This document shows, piece after piece, positions 1 to 11,989 of a DNA stretch of 32,000 nt. The notes below the pieces were generated by a model. The model ran no database searches, was not told where the DNA came from, and saw only the letters and a program-made list of their open reading frames with translations. Within the stretch, counting starts at the first letter, position 1; each line of letters opens with the position of its first letter. Source of the stretch: Pasteurella multocida (lineage in GTDB: Bacteria; Pseudomonadota; Gammaproteobacteria; Enterobacterales; Pasteurellaceae); contig NZ_LT906458.1 in NCBI RefSeq assembly GCF_900187275.1, positions 270,001 to 302,000 on the forward strand, read 5' to 3'. The translations under genes were made by a program, and so were the position numbers.

Positions 1-2207
<2,207 letters not shown>

Positions 2208-2359
2208 TACAACGCTCAAGTGTTTTTGGGTGTTGAGTGAGATGTTAGACGAAGACGAAGAAGAGAAAATTACTTTAGACAGCTTGTTTTTGATTAAAGT
2301 GCGAGAGTGAAGAAAGCACGAAGGAAGAACAGAAGAATAGAGAAGACATCAACCGAATA

Positions 2360-2476
2360 TCTTGGCGGCGATAGTGCAGTGGACCCACCTAACTCCATGC
2401 CGAACTTAGAAGTGAAACGCTGTAACGCCGATGGTAGTGTGGGGCTTCCCCATGTGAGAGTAGGACACCGCCAGGT
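2360..2476 (+). rRNA. 5S ribosomal RNA
   Basis: Conserved CCATGCCGAACTTAGAAGTGAAACGC...GCCGATGGTAGTGTGGGG...GAGAGTAGG with pairing ends CTTGGCGG/CCGCCAGG. Ends approximate. Confidence 0.96.
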
Positions 2477-2489
2477 CTGAATGAGAAGA

Positions 2490-2520
2490 AACCTCAAGTA
2501 GAGATACTTGAGGTTTTTTT
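2490..2520 (+). terminator. Rho-independent terminator of the rRNA operon
   Basis: AACCTCAAGTA-GAGA-TACTTGAGGTT (11-bp perfect stem) followed by a T run. Confidence 0.9.
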
Positions 2521-2643
2521 TGTGTTTGGAGAGAGTGGGGATATGGGGAGAGTGTCATTTGCATAAAAAGCATGGAAATGAGGAAAGCTCAGGGGCGCCA
2601 TGCTGTGATTACATGCACGATGACCCATTGATTGCAGCTAGAT

Positions 2644-3315
2644 TTATTTTAGAATGTCATCAAGCTCAAAGCCTTTTGTCATCACACTTACACTTGGTGA
2701 TGCTTCATATTGCCAGAGCATATCTGATGAAGCATTAGACAATTTCACTTCAATACTTTCCCCTTGTTTAAAGGTGAGGGGTAAGAAATCAACAGGGGAA
2801 TCATTCACATAGGCGGAAATGAAGGTGACATCCAGAGCTTGATTTGTATCATTATTTATCTTGAGTGTTAGGCTTAATGCGAGGTCAGAGAGATATTCTC
2901 TATCCATAAAGTCACGGATATTTTTTGCTAATTTATCGCTTGTTTGAACATTTAAATAGTGATTTTTATAGCTATAAATATTTACGTTATGTTTTATCTC
3001 TGAGCTATCATCCAATTTCCCCACAGCAATAGGGATTTCAAAACTTGCAAAAGAATTAAAGTTTTTTTGATAGCATTCTTTATAAACAGCATTATCAAAA
3101 ACATTAGGAATTTTTTGTTGAATTTGAATAAGGGCATCGGAGGGCTTTCTAGAGTCTTCATGGCTAGAACATGTTGCAATTTCAACATTTAAGATACCAC
3201 TTTCTACTTTAATTGGCTCATTCAATAAGGCTTTTAATGAGATATCTTTTTCTATTTCTGCTTTACATGCACATAACGCAACGATGCAACAAGAAAGTAC
3301 AAGCGTTTTTTTCAT
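2644..3315 (-). CDS. Putative lipoprotein of unknown function (223 aa)
   Basis: ORF with N-terminus MKKTLVLSCCIVALCACKAE: short basic start, hydrophobic stretch and lipobox-like LCAC. No recognised domain. Confidence 0.7.
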   Translation of the reverse strand: MKKTLVLSCCIVALCACKAEIEKDISLKALLNEPIKVESGILNVEIATCSSHEDSRKPSDALIQIQQKIPNVFDNAVYKECYQKNFNSFASFEIPIAVGKLDDSSEIKHNVNIYSYKNHYLNVQTSDKLAKNIRDFMDREYLSDLALSLTLKINNDTNQALDVTFISAYVNDSPVDFLPLTFKQGESIEVKLSNASSDMLWQYEASPSVSVMTKGFELDDILK

Positions 3316-3528
3316 TTTAGCACTCCTTACTAAGATCCTAGGCTCTGAATTAAGTTATACCTGATTCCAAATTTACTACATATTGTTTTTACGGTAAAGC
3401 ATTCTTCCGTTGTCAGTTGGTAATGAGAAAAGCAATAGCTCTAACACGATAAACGATGCCGAGATGAATCCAAAAACAGTGTGTTTTTATGAAAGTAGGG
3501 GATTTTATATTTGGAATATTAAAGATAA

Positions 3529-3558
3529 AGAAAAAGCCGACTTAACGTCGGCTTTTTT
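3529..3558. terminator. Terminator-like hairpin downstream of tRNA-Leu (minus), possibly bidirectional
   Basis: AAAAGCCGAC-TTAA-CGTCGGCTTTTTT; A-rich left flank and T-rich right flank. Confidence 0.7.
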
Positions 3559-3575
3559 GTAATGCTATTTATCAA

Positions 3576-3660
3576 TGGTGCCTAGGGCCGGACTCGAACC
3601 GGCACACCCGAAGGCGGTTGATTTTGAATCAACTGCGTCTACCAATTTCGCCACCCAGGC
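3576..3660 (-). tRNA. tRNA-Leu (anticodon CAA)
   Basis: Reverse complement GCCTGGGTGGCGAAATTGGTAGACGCAGTTGATTCAAAATCAACCGCC...TGCCGGTTCGAGTCCGGCCCTAGGCACCA. Anticodon loop TTCAAAA, long variable arm, encoded CCA. Confidence 0.96.
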
Positions 3661-3911
3661 TAATATTGATAAAGAGCATCAAATTAGGTCTGTATTATAC
3701 CTTTTCATTGATAGGTTACAAGCAAAAAATGATTTTAGATATTCAATTGTCTTTATTTTCATCAGTGTGGCTGTTCTCTCTTACTTTATTCAGGTGCAGT
3801 GAAGTAACCTTATAAAAATAAAGGTTTTTTGTTTAAATTTTAAATAACTTTTTTGTAAAAAGATCGCAGTTTCTTTTGAAAAAAAGACCGATTACAAATA
3901 TAATTAAAAAC

Positions 3912-3931
3912 TATTATCAATATTGATAATA
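3912..3931. promoter_or_regulatory. Candidate Fur box upstream of the heme-utilisation genes
   Basis: Perfect 20-bp palindrome TATTATCAAT|ATTGATAATA, resembling GATAATGATAATCATTATC-type Fur boxes, 40 bp upstream of the hutX-like start. Confidence 0.6.
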
Positions 3932-3971
3932 ATGGGATTTTAACCATGACATTTATAAGGATAAAGTCAAG

Positions 3972-4463
3972 ATGATGCTAAAAGCACAAATTGCAGATTA
4001 TATTACACAAAATCCACTGGCAATTACTTTGGATATGGCTTCGCACTTTGGCAAACCTGAAGGTGAAATTTTATGTGCTTTACCTGATGAGTTTGTTCGA
4101 GTGTTTCCTGCGGAACGTGCGGAGGAAGTGCTTGCTGAGATCAGTAGTTGGGGGATTTTCACGACCATTATTGAAAAAGAAGGATCGATTTTTGAAATTA
4201 AAGACCGTTTTCCGACCGGGATGGTTGGGCGTGGTTATTATAATTTGAATATGAAAGATGAAGAAGGCACGCTTCATGGTCACCTTAAATTAGATAACAT
4301 CAGCAAAATTGCCTTTGTGAGTTTACCGTTTCGCGGTAAAGAAAGTTATAACATCGCATTTATTGCGAATAATGGGCAAACTATTTTTAAAGTTTATTTG
4401 GGGCGCGATGCTGAGCGTCAATTATTTCCAGAACAAGTTCAAAAATTTAAAGCATTTATTTAG
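3972..4463 (+). CDS. hutX: HutX/ChuX-family intracellular heme utilisation protein
   Basis: 163-aa ORF (IFEIKDRFPTGMVGRGYYNLN..., LHGHLKLDNISKIAFVSLPFRGKESYNIAFI) plus gene context. Confidence 0.8.
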   Translation: MMLKAQIADYITQNPLAITLDMASHFGKPEGEILCALPDEFVRVFPAERAEEVLAEISSWGIFTTIIEKEGSIFEIKDRFPTGMVGRGYYNLNMKDEEGTLHGHLKLDNISKIAFVSLPFRGKESYNIAFIANNGQTIFKVYLGRDAERQLFPEQVQKFKAFI

Positions 4464-4478
4464 AAGGTTAAAAAAGTA

Positions 4479-4994
4479 ATGACAACAAATCGTCAAGAAG
4501 TATTACAAAATCGTTTAGGTCCAGAAATTCAAGAGTTAAAGGCACAATGTAAAACAGTCATGCTCGCTACTGTCGGTGAAGATGGTAATCCCAATGTGAG
4601 TTATGCGCCATTTGCAATTAATAATGGGGAATACCAAGTCTTTATTTCTACTATTGCACGTCATGCACGTAATCTACAAGAAGTACCAAAAGTTTCTTTA
4701 ATGTTGATCGAAGATGAAAGTCAAAGTCGTCAGATTTTTGCTCGTCGTCGTTTATCTTTTGATGCGGTTGCGCGTGTTGTCGAGAGAGAAAGTGAAGAAT
4801 GGCATTCTGGTGTTGAGGCACTCAAAGCAAGACATGGTGCATTAATGGATGAATTGTCTCGGATGAAAGATTTTCATTTGTTTAGTTTTAAGCCCTCACA
4901 AGGGTTATTTGTAAAAGGTTTTGGTCAAGCTTTCCAAGTGAGTAATGATGATTTAGTGAGCTTTGTTCACTTGGTTGAAGGACACCAAGAATAA
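4479..4994 (+). CDS. hutZ: HugZ/HutZ-family heme-binding/oxygenase protein (pyridoxamine-phosphate-oxidase-like fold)
   Basis: 171-aa ORF (VMLATVGEDGNPNVSYAPFAINNGEYQVFISTIARHARNL...SFKPSQGLFVKGFGQAF), immediately after the hutX-like gene. Confidence 0.8.
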   Translation: MTTNRQEVLQNRLGPEIQELKAQCKTVMLATVGEDGNPNVSYAPFAINNGEYQVFISTIARHARNLQEVPKVSLMLIEDESQSRQIFARRRLSFDAVARVVERESEEWHSGVEALKARHGALMDELSRMKDFHLFSFKPSQGLFVKGFGQAFQVSNDDLVSFVHLVEGHQE

Positions 4995-5035
4995 ATTTTG
5001 TCAACTTTTTAGGGTATTTACTTGAGGTTAGGAAA

Positions 5036-7939
5036 ATGCGTACAACAACAATAAAATTTTCTGCAATTACATTGGCATTATTGAGTTATTGTGGGACCAT
5101 TTTGGCGGATAGTCATCAAGAGGCGACTGAACTTGATACGATTACCGTTTCTTCTCAACAAGATGAGATGAATATTAAAGAGAAAAAAATCGGTGAAACT
5201 GTGAAAACGGCGAGTCAATTGAAACGCCAGCAAGTACAGGATAGTCGTGATCTTGTGCGCTATGAAACCGGTGTGACTGTGGTAGAAGCTGGACGTTTTG
5301 GTTCGAGCGGTTATGCCATTCGTGGTGTGGATGAGAACCGAGTAGCAATTACAGTAGATGGCTTACATCAAGCAGAAACCCTTTCTTCTCAAGGCTTTAA
5401 AGAATTATTCGAAGGTTACGGCAATTTTAACAATACCCGAAATAGTGTGGAAATTGAGACGTTGAAAGTCGCTAAAATCGCGAAAGGTGCTGATTCTGTA
5501 AAAGTGGGTAGTGGTTCTTTGGGAGGCGCTGTACTTTTTGAAACAAAAGATGCCAGAGATTTCCTGACTGAAAAAGATTGGCATATCGGCTATAAAGCGG
5601 GCTACTCAACGGCAGATAATCAGGGATTAAATGCAGTGACTCTTGCAGGTCGCTATCAAATGTTTGATGCATTGATTATGCATTCTAAGCGACATGGACA
5701 TGAATTAGAAAATTATGACTATAAAAATGGCAGAGATATTCAAGGGAAAGAAAGAGAGAAAGCGGATCCTTATACGATTACGAAAGAAAGTACATTAGTG
5801 AAATTCTCTTTTTCGCCAACAGAAAATCATCGTTTTACAGTCGCTTCTGATACTTATCTTCAGCATTCCCGCGGACATGATCTTTCATATAATCTTGTTG
5901 CAACAACACATATTCAGTTAGATGAGAAAGAATCTCGTCATGCAAATGATTTGACAAAACGTAAAAATGTTTCCTTTACTTATGAAAATTATACTGTTAC
6001 GCCATTTTGGGATACGCTCAAGTTAAGCTATTCACAACAAAGAATTACAACAAGAGCAAGAACAGAAGATTATTGTGATGGAAATGAGTTATGTGATTCT
6101 TATAAAAATCCATTAGGTCTCCAATTTAAAGATGGTCAGATTCTTGATCCTGCAGGGAATAAAATTAAACTACAGGGGTCTGGATTGAGCACTCAGATTG
6201 TAGATGAAAATGGAAAACCATTTCCTACAACAACAGGTACTAATAATGCTGCTTTTAGTAATAATTTACGACTCAGGCCTACAGGTTTTTGGTTAGATTG
6301 CTCGGTTTTTGACTGTAATAAACCATTCACTGTTTATAATATTAGTAATGGAACATATCAAGCAAGAGAGGTTCTACTGTCTGAAGAGATAACTGTGGAT
6401 GGTAAATTATACAAAACAGCTAAGGAAGAAGGAGGGCTTCCAAATTATTTGATTTTACCTAATTCTAAAGGTTATCTTCCTTATGATTATAAAGAAAGGG
6501 ATCTTAATACGAATACAAAACAAATTAATTTAGATTTAACTAAAACATTTTTAACTTTCAACATCGAAAATAATCTGTCATATGGTGGAGTTTATTCTCG
6601 GATAGAGAAAGAAATGATTAATAAAGCTGGTTATGAGGGGAGAAATCCTACTTGGTGGGCTGATAGAATTTTAGGGCAAAGTAGTTACTGTGGTTATAAT
6701 GCATTGAAGTGTCCGAAACATGAGCCATTAACGTCATTTTTAATTCCAGTTGAAGCAACGACACAGTCATTATATTTTGCAAATATTCTTAAGGTACATA
6801 ATATGATTAGCATAGATTTAGGATATCGTTATGATCATATTAAATATAACCCTGAATACACTCCAGGAGTAACTCCAAAAATTCCAGATGATATGGTAAA
6901 AGGTTTGTTTATTCCTATGCCAAAAGAGCCACAGCTAAAGGATTTTTATTATAACTATGCTAAATTTGGTGAGGCCTATAAAAAATGGAAAGAATATCTG
7001 CCAAAAAATGCGGAAGAAAATATTGCTTACATTGCTCAAGATAAGACATTTAAAAAACATTCTTATTCTCTTGGTGCAACTTTCGATCCTCTGAATTTTT
7101 TACGAGTACAAGTAAAATATTCAAAAGGGTTTAGAGCCCCGACTTCGGATGAACTTTATTTTACCTTTAAGCATCCAGATTTTACGATTTTACCGAACCC
7201 CGTGTTGAAACCAGAGGAAGCAAAAAATCAAGAGATTGCATTAACAGTGCACGATAATTGGGGATTTGTTAGCACAAGTGTTTTCCAAACAAAGTATCGT
7301 CATTTTATTGATTTAGCGTATTTAGGTTCAAGAAATTTATCGAATTCCGTGGGAGGGCAGGCACAAGCAAGAGATTTCCAAGTTTATCAAAATGTCAATG
7401 TCGATAATGCCAAAGTTAAAGGACTTGAAATTAATGCACGTTTGAATTTGGGATATTTTTGGCATGTGTTGGATGGATTTAATACGAGCTATAAATTCAC
7501 TTACCAACGTGGTCGTTTGGATGGCGATCGTCCAATGAATGCGATTCAGCCTAAAGCTTCTGTTTTTGGTTTGGGCTACGATCATAAAGAAAATAAATTT
7601 GGCGCTGATTTATATATTACACGTGTGAGTGAGAAAAAAGCGAAAGACACTTATAATATGTTCTATAAAGAACAGGGATATAAAGATAGTGCTGTTCGTT
7701 GGAGAAGTGATGACTATACGCTAGTTGATGCGGTTGGTTATATTAAACCGATTAAGAATTTAACGTTACAGTTTGGCGTTTATAATTTGACAGACCGTAA
7801 ATACTTGACATGGGAATCTGCTCGTTCGATTAAACCATTTGGTACAAGTAATTTAATTAATCAAAAAACAGGCGCAGGAATTAATCGTTTTTACTCACCA
7901 GGTCGTAACTTTAAACTCAGTGCCGAAATCACCTTCTAA
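5036..7939 (+). CDS. TonB-dependent heme/hemoglobin(-haptoglobin)-type outer membrane receptor (967 aa)
   Basis: Signal peptide, TonB box-like DTITVSSQ, plug domain (YETGVTVVEAGRFGSSGYAIRGVDENRVAITVDGLHQAET), FRAPTSDELYF motif, terminal beta-strand ending in F. Located with hutX/hutZ. Confidence 0.88.
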   Translation: MRTTTIKFSAITLALLSYCGTILADSHQEATELDTITVSSQQDEMNIKEKKIGETVKTASQLKRQQVQDSRDLVRYETGVTVVEAGRFGSSGYAIRGVDENRVAITVDGLHQAETLSSQGFKELFEGYGNFNNTRNSVEIETLKVAKIAKGADSVKVGSGSLGGAVLFETKDARDFLTEKDWHIGYKAGYSTADNQGLNAVTLAGRYQMFDALIMHSKRHGHELENYDYKNGRDIQGKEREKADPYTITKESTLVKFSFSPTENHRFTVASDTYLQHSRGHDLSYNLVATTHIQLDEKESRHANDLTKRKNVSFTYENYTVTPFWDTLKLSYSQQRITTRARTEDYCDGNELCDSYKNPLGLQFKDGQILDPAGNKIKLQGSGLSTQIVDENGKPFPTTTGTNNAAFSNNLRLRPTGFWLDCSVFDCNKPFTVYNISNGTYQAREVLLSEEITVDGKLYKTAKEEGGLPNYLILPNSKGYLPYDYKERDLNTNTKQINLDLTKTFLTFNIENNLSYGGVYSRIEKEMINKAGYEGRNPTWWADRILGQSSYCGYNALKCPKHEPLTSFLIPVEATTQSLYFANILKVHNMISIDLGYRYDHIKYNPEYTPGVTPKIPDDMVKGLFIPMPKEPQLKDFYYNYAKFGEAYKKWKEYLPKNAEENIAYIAQDKTFKKHSYSLGATFDPLNFLRVQVKYSKGFRAPTSDELYFTFKHPDFTILPNPVLKPEEAKNQEIALTVHDNWGFVSTSVFQTKYRHFIDLAYLGSRNLSNSVGGQAQARDFQVYQNVNVDNAKVKGLEINARLNLGYFWHVLDGFNTSYKFTYQRGRLDGDRPMNAIQPKASVFGLGYDHKENKFGADLYITRVSEKKAKDTYNMFYKEQGYKDSAVRWRSDDYTLVDAVGYIKPIKNLTLQFGVYNLTDRKYLTWESARSIKPFGTSNLINQKTGAGINRFYSPGRNFKLSAEITF

Positions 7940-7944
7940 TCCTA

Positions 7945-7970
7945 AGCCTGCGTATGCAGGCTTTCTTTTT
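7945..7970 (+). terminator. Terminator after the TonB receptor gene
   Basis: AGCCTGC-GTAT-GCAGGCT followed by TTCTTTTT. Confidence 0.8.
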
Positions 7971-8002
7971 AGGGAAAGTGCGGTGGATTTGACAAAGATT
8001 TA

Positions 8003-8030
8003 TTGCTTTTCTGTAAATCAATGCTAAAAT
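8003..8030 (+). promoter_or_regulatory. Candidate rpsO promoter
   Basis: TTGCTT-N16-TAAAAT with extended -10 TGC immediately upstream of TAAAAT. Confidence 0.45.
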
Positions 8031-8105
8031 TCACACTCCTTTGTCGTAGCTGGATTAGAGATCGGCTAGCGATGTATTTTTAACTTAACTTTTAGGAGTT
8101 ATCAA

Positions 8106-8375
8106 ATGTCTCTAAGTACAGAAAAAAAAGCAGCAATTGTTGCTGAATTTGGTCGTGATGCAAAAGATACCGGTTCTTCAGAAGTGCAAATCGCATTATT
8201 AACTGCACAAATCAACCACTTACAATCTCACTTTGCAACGCACAAAAAAGACCACCACGGTCGTCGTGGTTTATTGCGTATGGTTTCTCGTCGTCGTAAA
8301 CTTTTAGATTACTTAAAACGTACTAATCTTGAGCTTTACACTTCAACTATCGCTCGTTTAGGTTTACGTCGCTAA
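8106..8375 (+). CDS. rpsO: 30S ribosomal protein S15
   Basis: [72 protein letters not shown]. Confidence 0.98.
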   Translation: MSLSTEKKAAIVAEFGRDAKDTGSSEVQIALLTAQINHLQSHFATHKKDHHGRRGLLRMVSRRRKLLDYLKRTNLELYTSTIARLGLRR

Positions 8376-8401
8376 TTTGTATTAGGATTTATTCCAAACA
8401 A

Positions 8402-8438
8402 AAAACCCTTGATAATTTTATCAAGGGTTTTCTTTTTT
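8402..8438 (+). terminator. Terminator after rpsO
   Basis: AAAACCCTTGATAA...TTATCAAGGGTTTT followed by a T-rich tract. Confidence 0.85.
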
Positions 8439-8513
8439 CTGCATACTAGGCATGTTTAAATTATCGCAAAACACACCGCACATTTCGTGGAAAAGTGCGG
8501 TCATTTTTTTAAT

Positions 8514-9626
8514 TTATTTTACTTCTTTAAACATGATCTCACTTGGGATTACTGAACCTTGCCAGTAAAGCTCAGTAGCGACTTTTTCAGCTAATTGCAT
8601 AAACGATTGGGCAATGTCGCTTTCAGGTGCGGCGACAACGGTTGGGATACCTTTGTCTAAATCTTCACGTAAGCGAATATGTAATGCCTGTTGTCCTAAA
8701 ACTTTGACATTATATTTTTGTGCAATGCGCTCAGCACCGCCTGTTCCGAAAATCGTTTCTTGATGACCACAATTGCTACAAATATGCATCGACATATTTT
8801 CGATAATGCCTAAAACGGGTACAGAAACACGCTCAAACATCGCCACACCTTTAATCGCATCCAGTAAAGCAATATCTTGTGGTGTTGTCACCACGACCGC
8901 CCCCGTCACTGGAATTTGTTGAGAAAGGGTCAGCTGGATATCCCCTGTACCCGGTGGCATATCAATGACTAAATAATCTAAATCAGGCCATAAGGTTTCT
9001 TGCAAAAGCTGACTTAAGGCACTGCTTGCCATTGGACCGCGCCAAATCGTAGCATTGTCCGGTTCCATTAAGAAACCAATGGAATTGGCAAAAATATGAT
9101 GTGCTTGAATTGGGGTAATGTGCTGGTTATCTGGCGAAGTTGGGCGTTGATCAGCAACCCCTAACATGTGTGGAATAGATGGACCATAAATATCGGCATC
9201 TAAAATTCCAACACGAGCACCTTGTCTTTGTAAGGCAAGAGCAAGATTGACGGAAATAGTAGATTTTCCTACACCACCTTTACCCGATGTCACGGCAATA
9301 ATATTTTTTACCCCTTTTACGGCTGGGTGGCTATTAGCGCGTTTTAATGTCGCGATTTGATAATTTAATTGCCATTTGATGTCTTTGCATTCTGCTAATG
9401 TGAGAAGTTCTGTGGAGAGAGCGCTCTTGAGTTGTTCGAATGCAGTATTCCAAGCAAACGGCATGCTGATTTCAATACGTAACGTCTCACCGCCTTTTTC
9501 AATTTTTTTGATAGCATTTAGGCTGACGAGATCTTTTTGTAAGCTAGGATGTTGAAATTGTTGAAATGTGTTTTGGATAGCTTGTTTTTGACTGTCCGTT
9601 AAACTGTCAGAAAATAAAATTCCCAT
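8514..9626 (-). CDS. apbC: Mrp/ApbC-family Fe-S carrier P-loop ATPase
   Basis: Deviant Walker A GKGGVGKSTISVNLALAL, GILDADIYGPSIPHMLG, CSNCGHQ(E). Divergent from metG as in related genomes. Confidence 0.92.
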   Translation of the reverse strand: MGILFSDSLTDSQKQAIQNTFQQFQHPSLQKDLVSLNAIKKIEKGGETLRIEISMPFAWNTAFEQLKSALSTELLTLAECKDIKWQLNYQIATLKRANSHPAVKGVKNIIAVTSGKGGVGKSTISVNLALALQRQGARVGILDADIYGPSIPHMLGVADQRPTSPDNQHITPIQAHHIFANSIGFLMEPDNATIWRGPMASSALSQLLQETLWPDLDYLVIDMPPGTGDIQLTLSQQIPVTGAVVVTTPQDIALLDAIKGVAMFERVSVPVLGIIENMSMHICSNCGHQETIFGTGGAERIAQKYNVKVLGQQALHIRLREDLDKGIPTVVAAPESDIAQSFMQLAEKVATELYWQGSVIPSEIMFKEVK

Positions 9627-9807
9627 TGATTTTATCCCGTTATTTTTGGTGGCTAATTAAAGCCCTAGTTAATCACTCAACTATATTTAACCACGAAGCT
9701 GTAGAACTGTTAAGCAGAAATGTGGAAAAGCGCGGTTAAAGTAGAAAAAATACTGCGAATAAGGTAACATAAGCGCCAATTTTTTGATGAAAAATAGGAA
9801 TGATAAC

Positions 9808-11856
9808 ATGGCAAATTCGGCACGCGATATTTTGGTCACTTGCGCCTTACCTTATGCAAATGGTGCAATTCATTTAGGGCATTTATTAGAACATATTCAA
9901 GCAGATATTTGGGTGCGTTTCCAACGTATGCGTGGGCATAAAGTGCATTTTATTTGTGCAGATGATGCCCATGGCACACCAATCATGTTAAATGCGGATA
10001 AATTAGGTATTACACCAGAAGCATTAATTGCTCGCTCGAAAGCAGATCATGTGGCGGATTTTGAAGGCTTTAATATTAGCTATGATAATTATCATTCCAC
10101 TCACAGCCCAGAAAATGAAGCCTTAACAGCAGAAATGTATAAAAAATTACGTGCTAATGGCTTTATTAAAAGTCGTACGATTTCACAATTATTTGATCCA
10201 GAAAAAGGCATGTTTTTACCTGATCGTTTTGTGAAAGGCACTTGCCCAAAATGTAAAGCAGAAGATCAATATGGTGATAACTGTGAGGTCTGTTCATCTA
10301 CTTATAGCCCAACGGAATTAATTAATCCGCGTTCTGTAGTTTCTGGTGCTACTCCTGTATTAAAAGAATCGGAGCATTTCTTCTTTGATTTACCTGCGTT
10401 TGAAGGCATGTTAAAAGCGTGGATCAAATCCGGTTCATTACAACCTGAAATTGCCAACAAAATGCAAGAATGGTTTGAGTCGGGTTTACAACAATGGGAT
10501 ATTTCCCGTGATGCGCCGTATTTCGGCTTTAAAATTCCCGATACAGAAGATAAATATTTCTATGTCTGGTTAGATGCCCCAATTGGATATATGGCATCGT
10601 TTAAAAATTTGTGTGATAAAACAGGCTTAAATTTTGACGATTTCTGGAAAAAAGACAGCTCGGCAGAGCTTTATCACTTCATCGGTAAAGATATCGTGTA
10701 TTTCCACAGTTTATTTTGGCCGGCGATGTTAGACGGTTGCGATTTACGCAAACCAACTAACGTGTTTGCCCATGGTTATGTGACTGTAAATGGGGTGAAA
10801 ATGTCAAAATCTCGTGGCACTTTTATTCAAGCGTCCACCTACTTACGTCATTTAGCGCCAGAATATTTACGTTATTACTATGCGGCAAAATTGAATAACC
10901 GTATTGAAGATTTAGACTTAAATTTGGAAGACTTTGTACAACGTTTAAATGCGGATGTGGTGAATAAATTTGTCAATCTGGCTTCACGCAGTGCCGGTTT
11001 TATTACTAAGCGTTTTGATGGCAAATTATCAGCTGAGATTGCTGAACCTGAATTATTGGCAGAATTTGTAGAAAAAGCCGCGCAAATTGCGACTTATTAT
11101 GAAGAACGCGAATTCGGTAAAGTCGTGCGTGAAGTGATGCAATTAGCGGATAAAGCGAATAAATACATTGATGACAAAGCGCCATGGGTAATGGCGAAAG
11201 AAGAGGGACGTGAGGCGGAATTACAAGCTGTTTGTTCAATGGCATTGCAATTATTCCGCGTCTTAGCCATTTATTTAAAACCAGTGATTCCACAAATTAT
11301 TGCGCGTGCGGAAGCCTTCTTACAGGATGAGTTAACGTGGGAAAGCTTAAATCGCCCGCTGTTAAATCACGCAATTTTACCGTTTAAAGCGCTAGCACAG
11401 CGTTTAGACCTAAAACAGATTGAGGCAATTGTGAACGAAACCAAAGAACAATTTGTAGCCCAGCAGGCATTAGAGCAAAAAAATTCAGCAAAAGCAGAAC
11501 CCGCTAGCCAAGTGGAACCAATCGCAGAGACGATCAGCATTGAAGATTTCGCGAAATTAGATTTACGTGTGGCGAAAGTGATGAAATGTGAAGCGGTGCC
11601 AGAATCAAACAAACTCTTACGTTTTGAGTTAGACTTAGGTGATCATACGCGTCAAGTGTTCTCTGGGATTAAAGAAGCATATAACAATCCTGCGGAATTA
11701 GAAGGGCGTTTTGTGGTGGTGATTGCCAACCTCGCACCACGTAAAATGCGTTTTGGCGTATCAGAAGGGATGATTTTAAGTGCGGGGACAGGTGGAGATG
11801 ACTTGTTCTTATTGAATGCCGATCAAGGTGTTAAACCCGGTATGCAGGTAAAATAA
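9808..11856 (+). CDS. metG: Methionyl-tRNA synthetase
   Basis: [52 protein letters not shown] motif, C-terminal tRNA-binding (EMAP-like) domain. Start chosen at 9808 rather than the ORF-track start 9784. Confidence 0.97.
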   Translation: MANSARDILVTCALPYANGAIHLGHLLEHIQADIWVRFQRMRGHKVHFICADDAHGTPIMLNADKLGITPEALIARSKADHVADFEGFNISYDNYHSTHSPENEALTAEMYKKLRANGFIKSRTISQLFDPEKGMFLPDRFVKGTCPKCKAEDQYGDNCEVCSSTYSPTELINPRSVVSGATPVLKESEHFFFDLPAFEGMLKAWIKSGSLQPEIANKMQEWFESGLQQWDISRDAPYFGFKIPDTEDKYFYVWLDAPIGYMASFKNLCDKTGLNFDDFWKKDSSAELYHFIGKDIVYFHSLFWPAMLDGCDLRKPTNVFAHGYVTVNGVKMSKSRGTFIQASTYLRHLAPEYLRYYYAAKLNNRIEDLDLNLEDFVQRLNADVVNKFVNLASRSAGFITKRFDGKLSAEIAEPELLAEFVEKAAQIATYYEEREFGKVVREVMQLADKANKYIDDKAPWVMAKEEGREAELQAVCSMALQLFRVLAIYLKPVIPQIIARAEAFLQDELTWESLNRPLLNHAILPFKALAQRLDLKQIEAIVNETKEQFVAQQALEQKNSAKAEPASQVEPIAETISIEDFAKLDLRVAKVMKCEAVPESNKLLRFELDLGDHTRQVFSGIKEAYNNPAELEGRFVVVIANLAPRKMRFGVSEGMILSAGTGGDDLFLLNADQGVKPGMQVK

Positions 11857-11882
11857 CCTTGAGTTAGTTCTTTCATGCAATA

Positions 11883-11918
11883 AAGTGCGGTAGAATTTTT
11901 GAATTTTTTACCGCACTT
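11883..11918. terminator. Inverted pair of uptake signal sequences forming a terminator-like hairpin after metG
   Basis: AAGTGCGGT at 11883-11891 and its reverse complement ACCGCACTT at 11910-11918, in the metG-rlmKL intergenic region, followed by TT. Confidence 0.8.
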
Positions 11919-11989
11919 TTCCTTTCCTCCGTTTTTGCAGGTGAAAACCTGTTATAATTTCGCCCAGCTTGAATAACCAGAGAACATTT

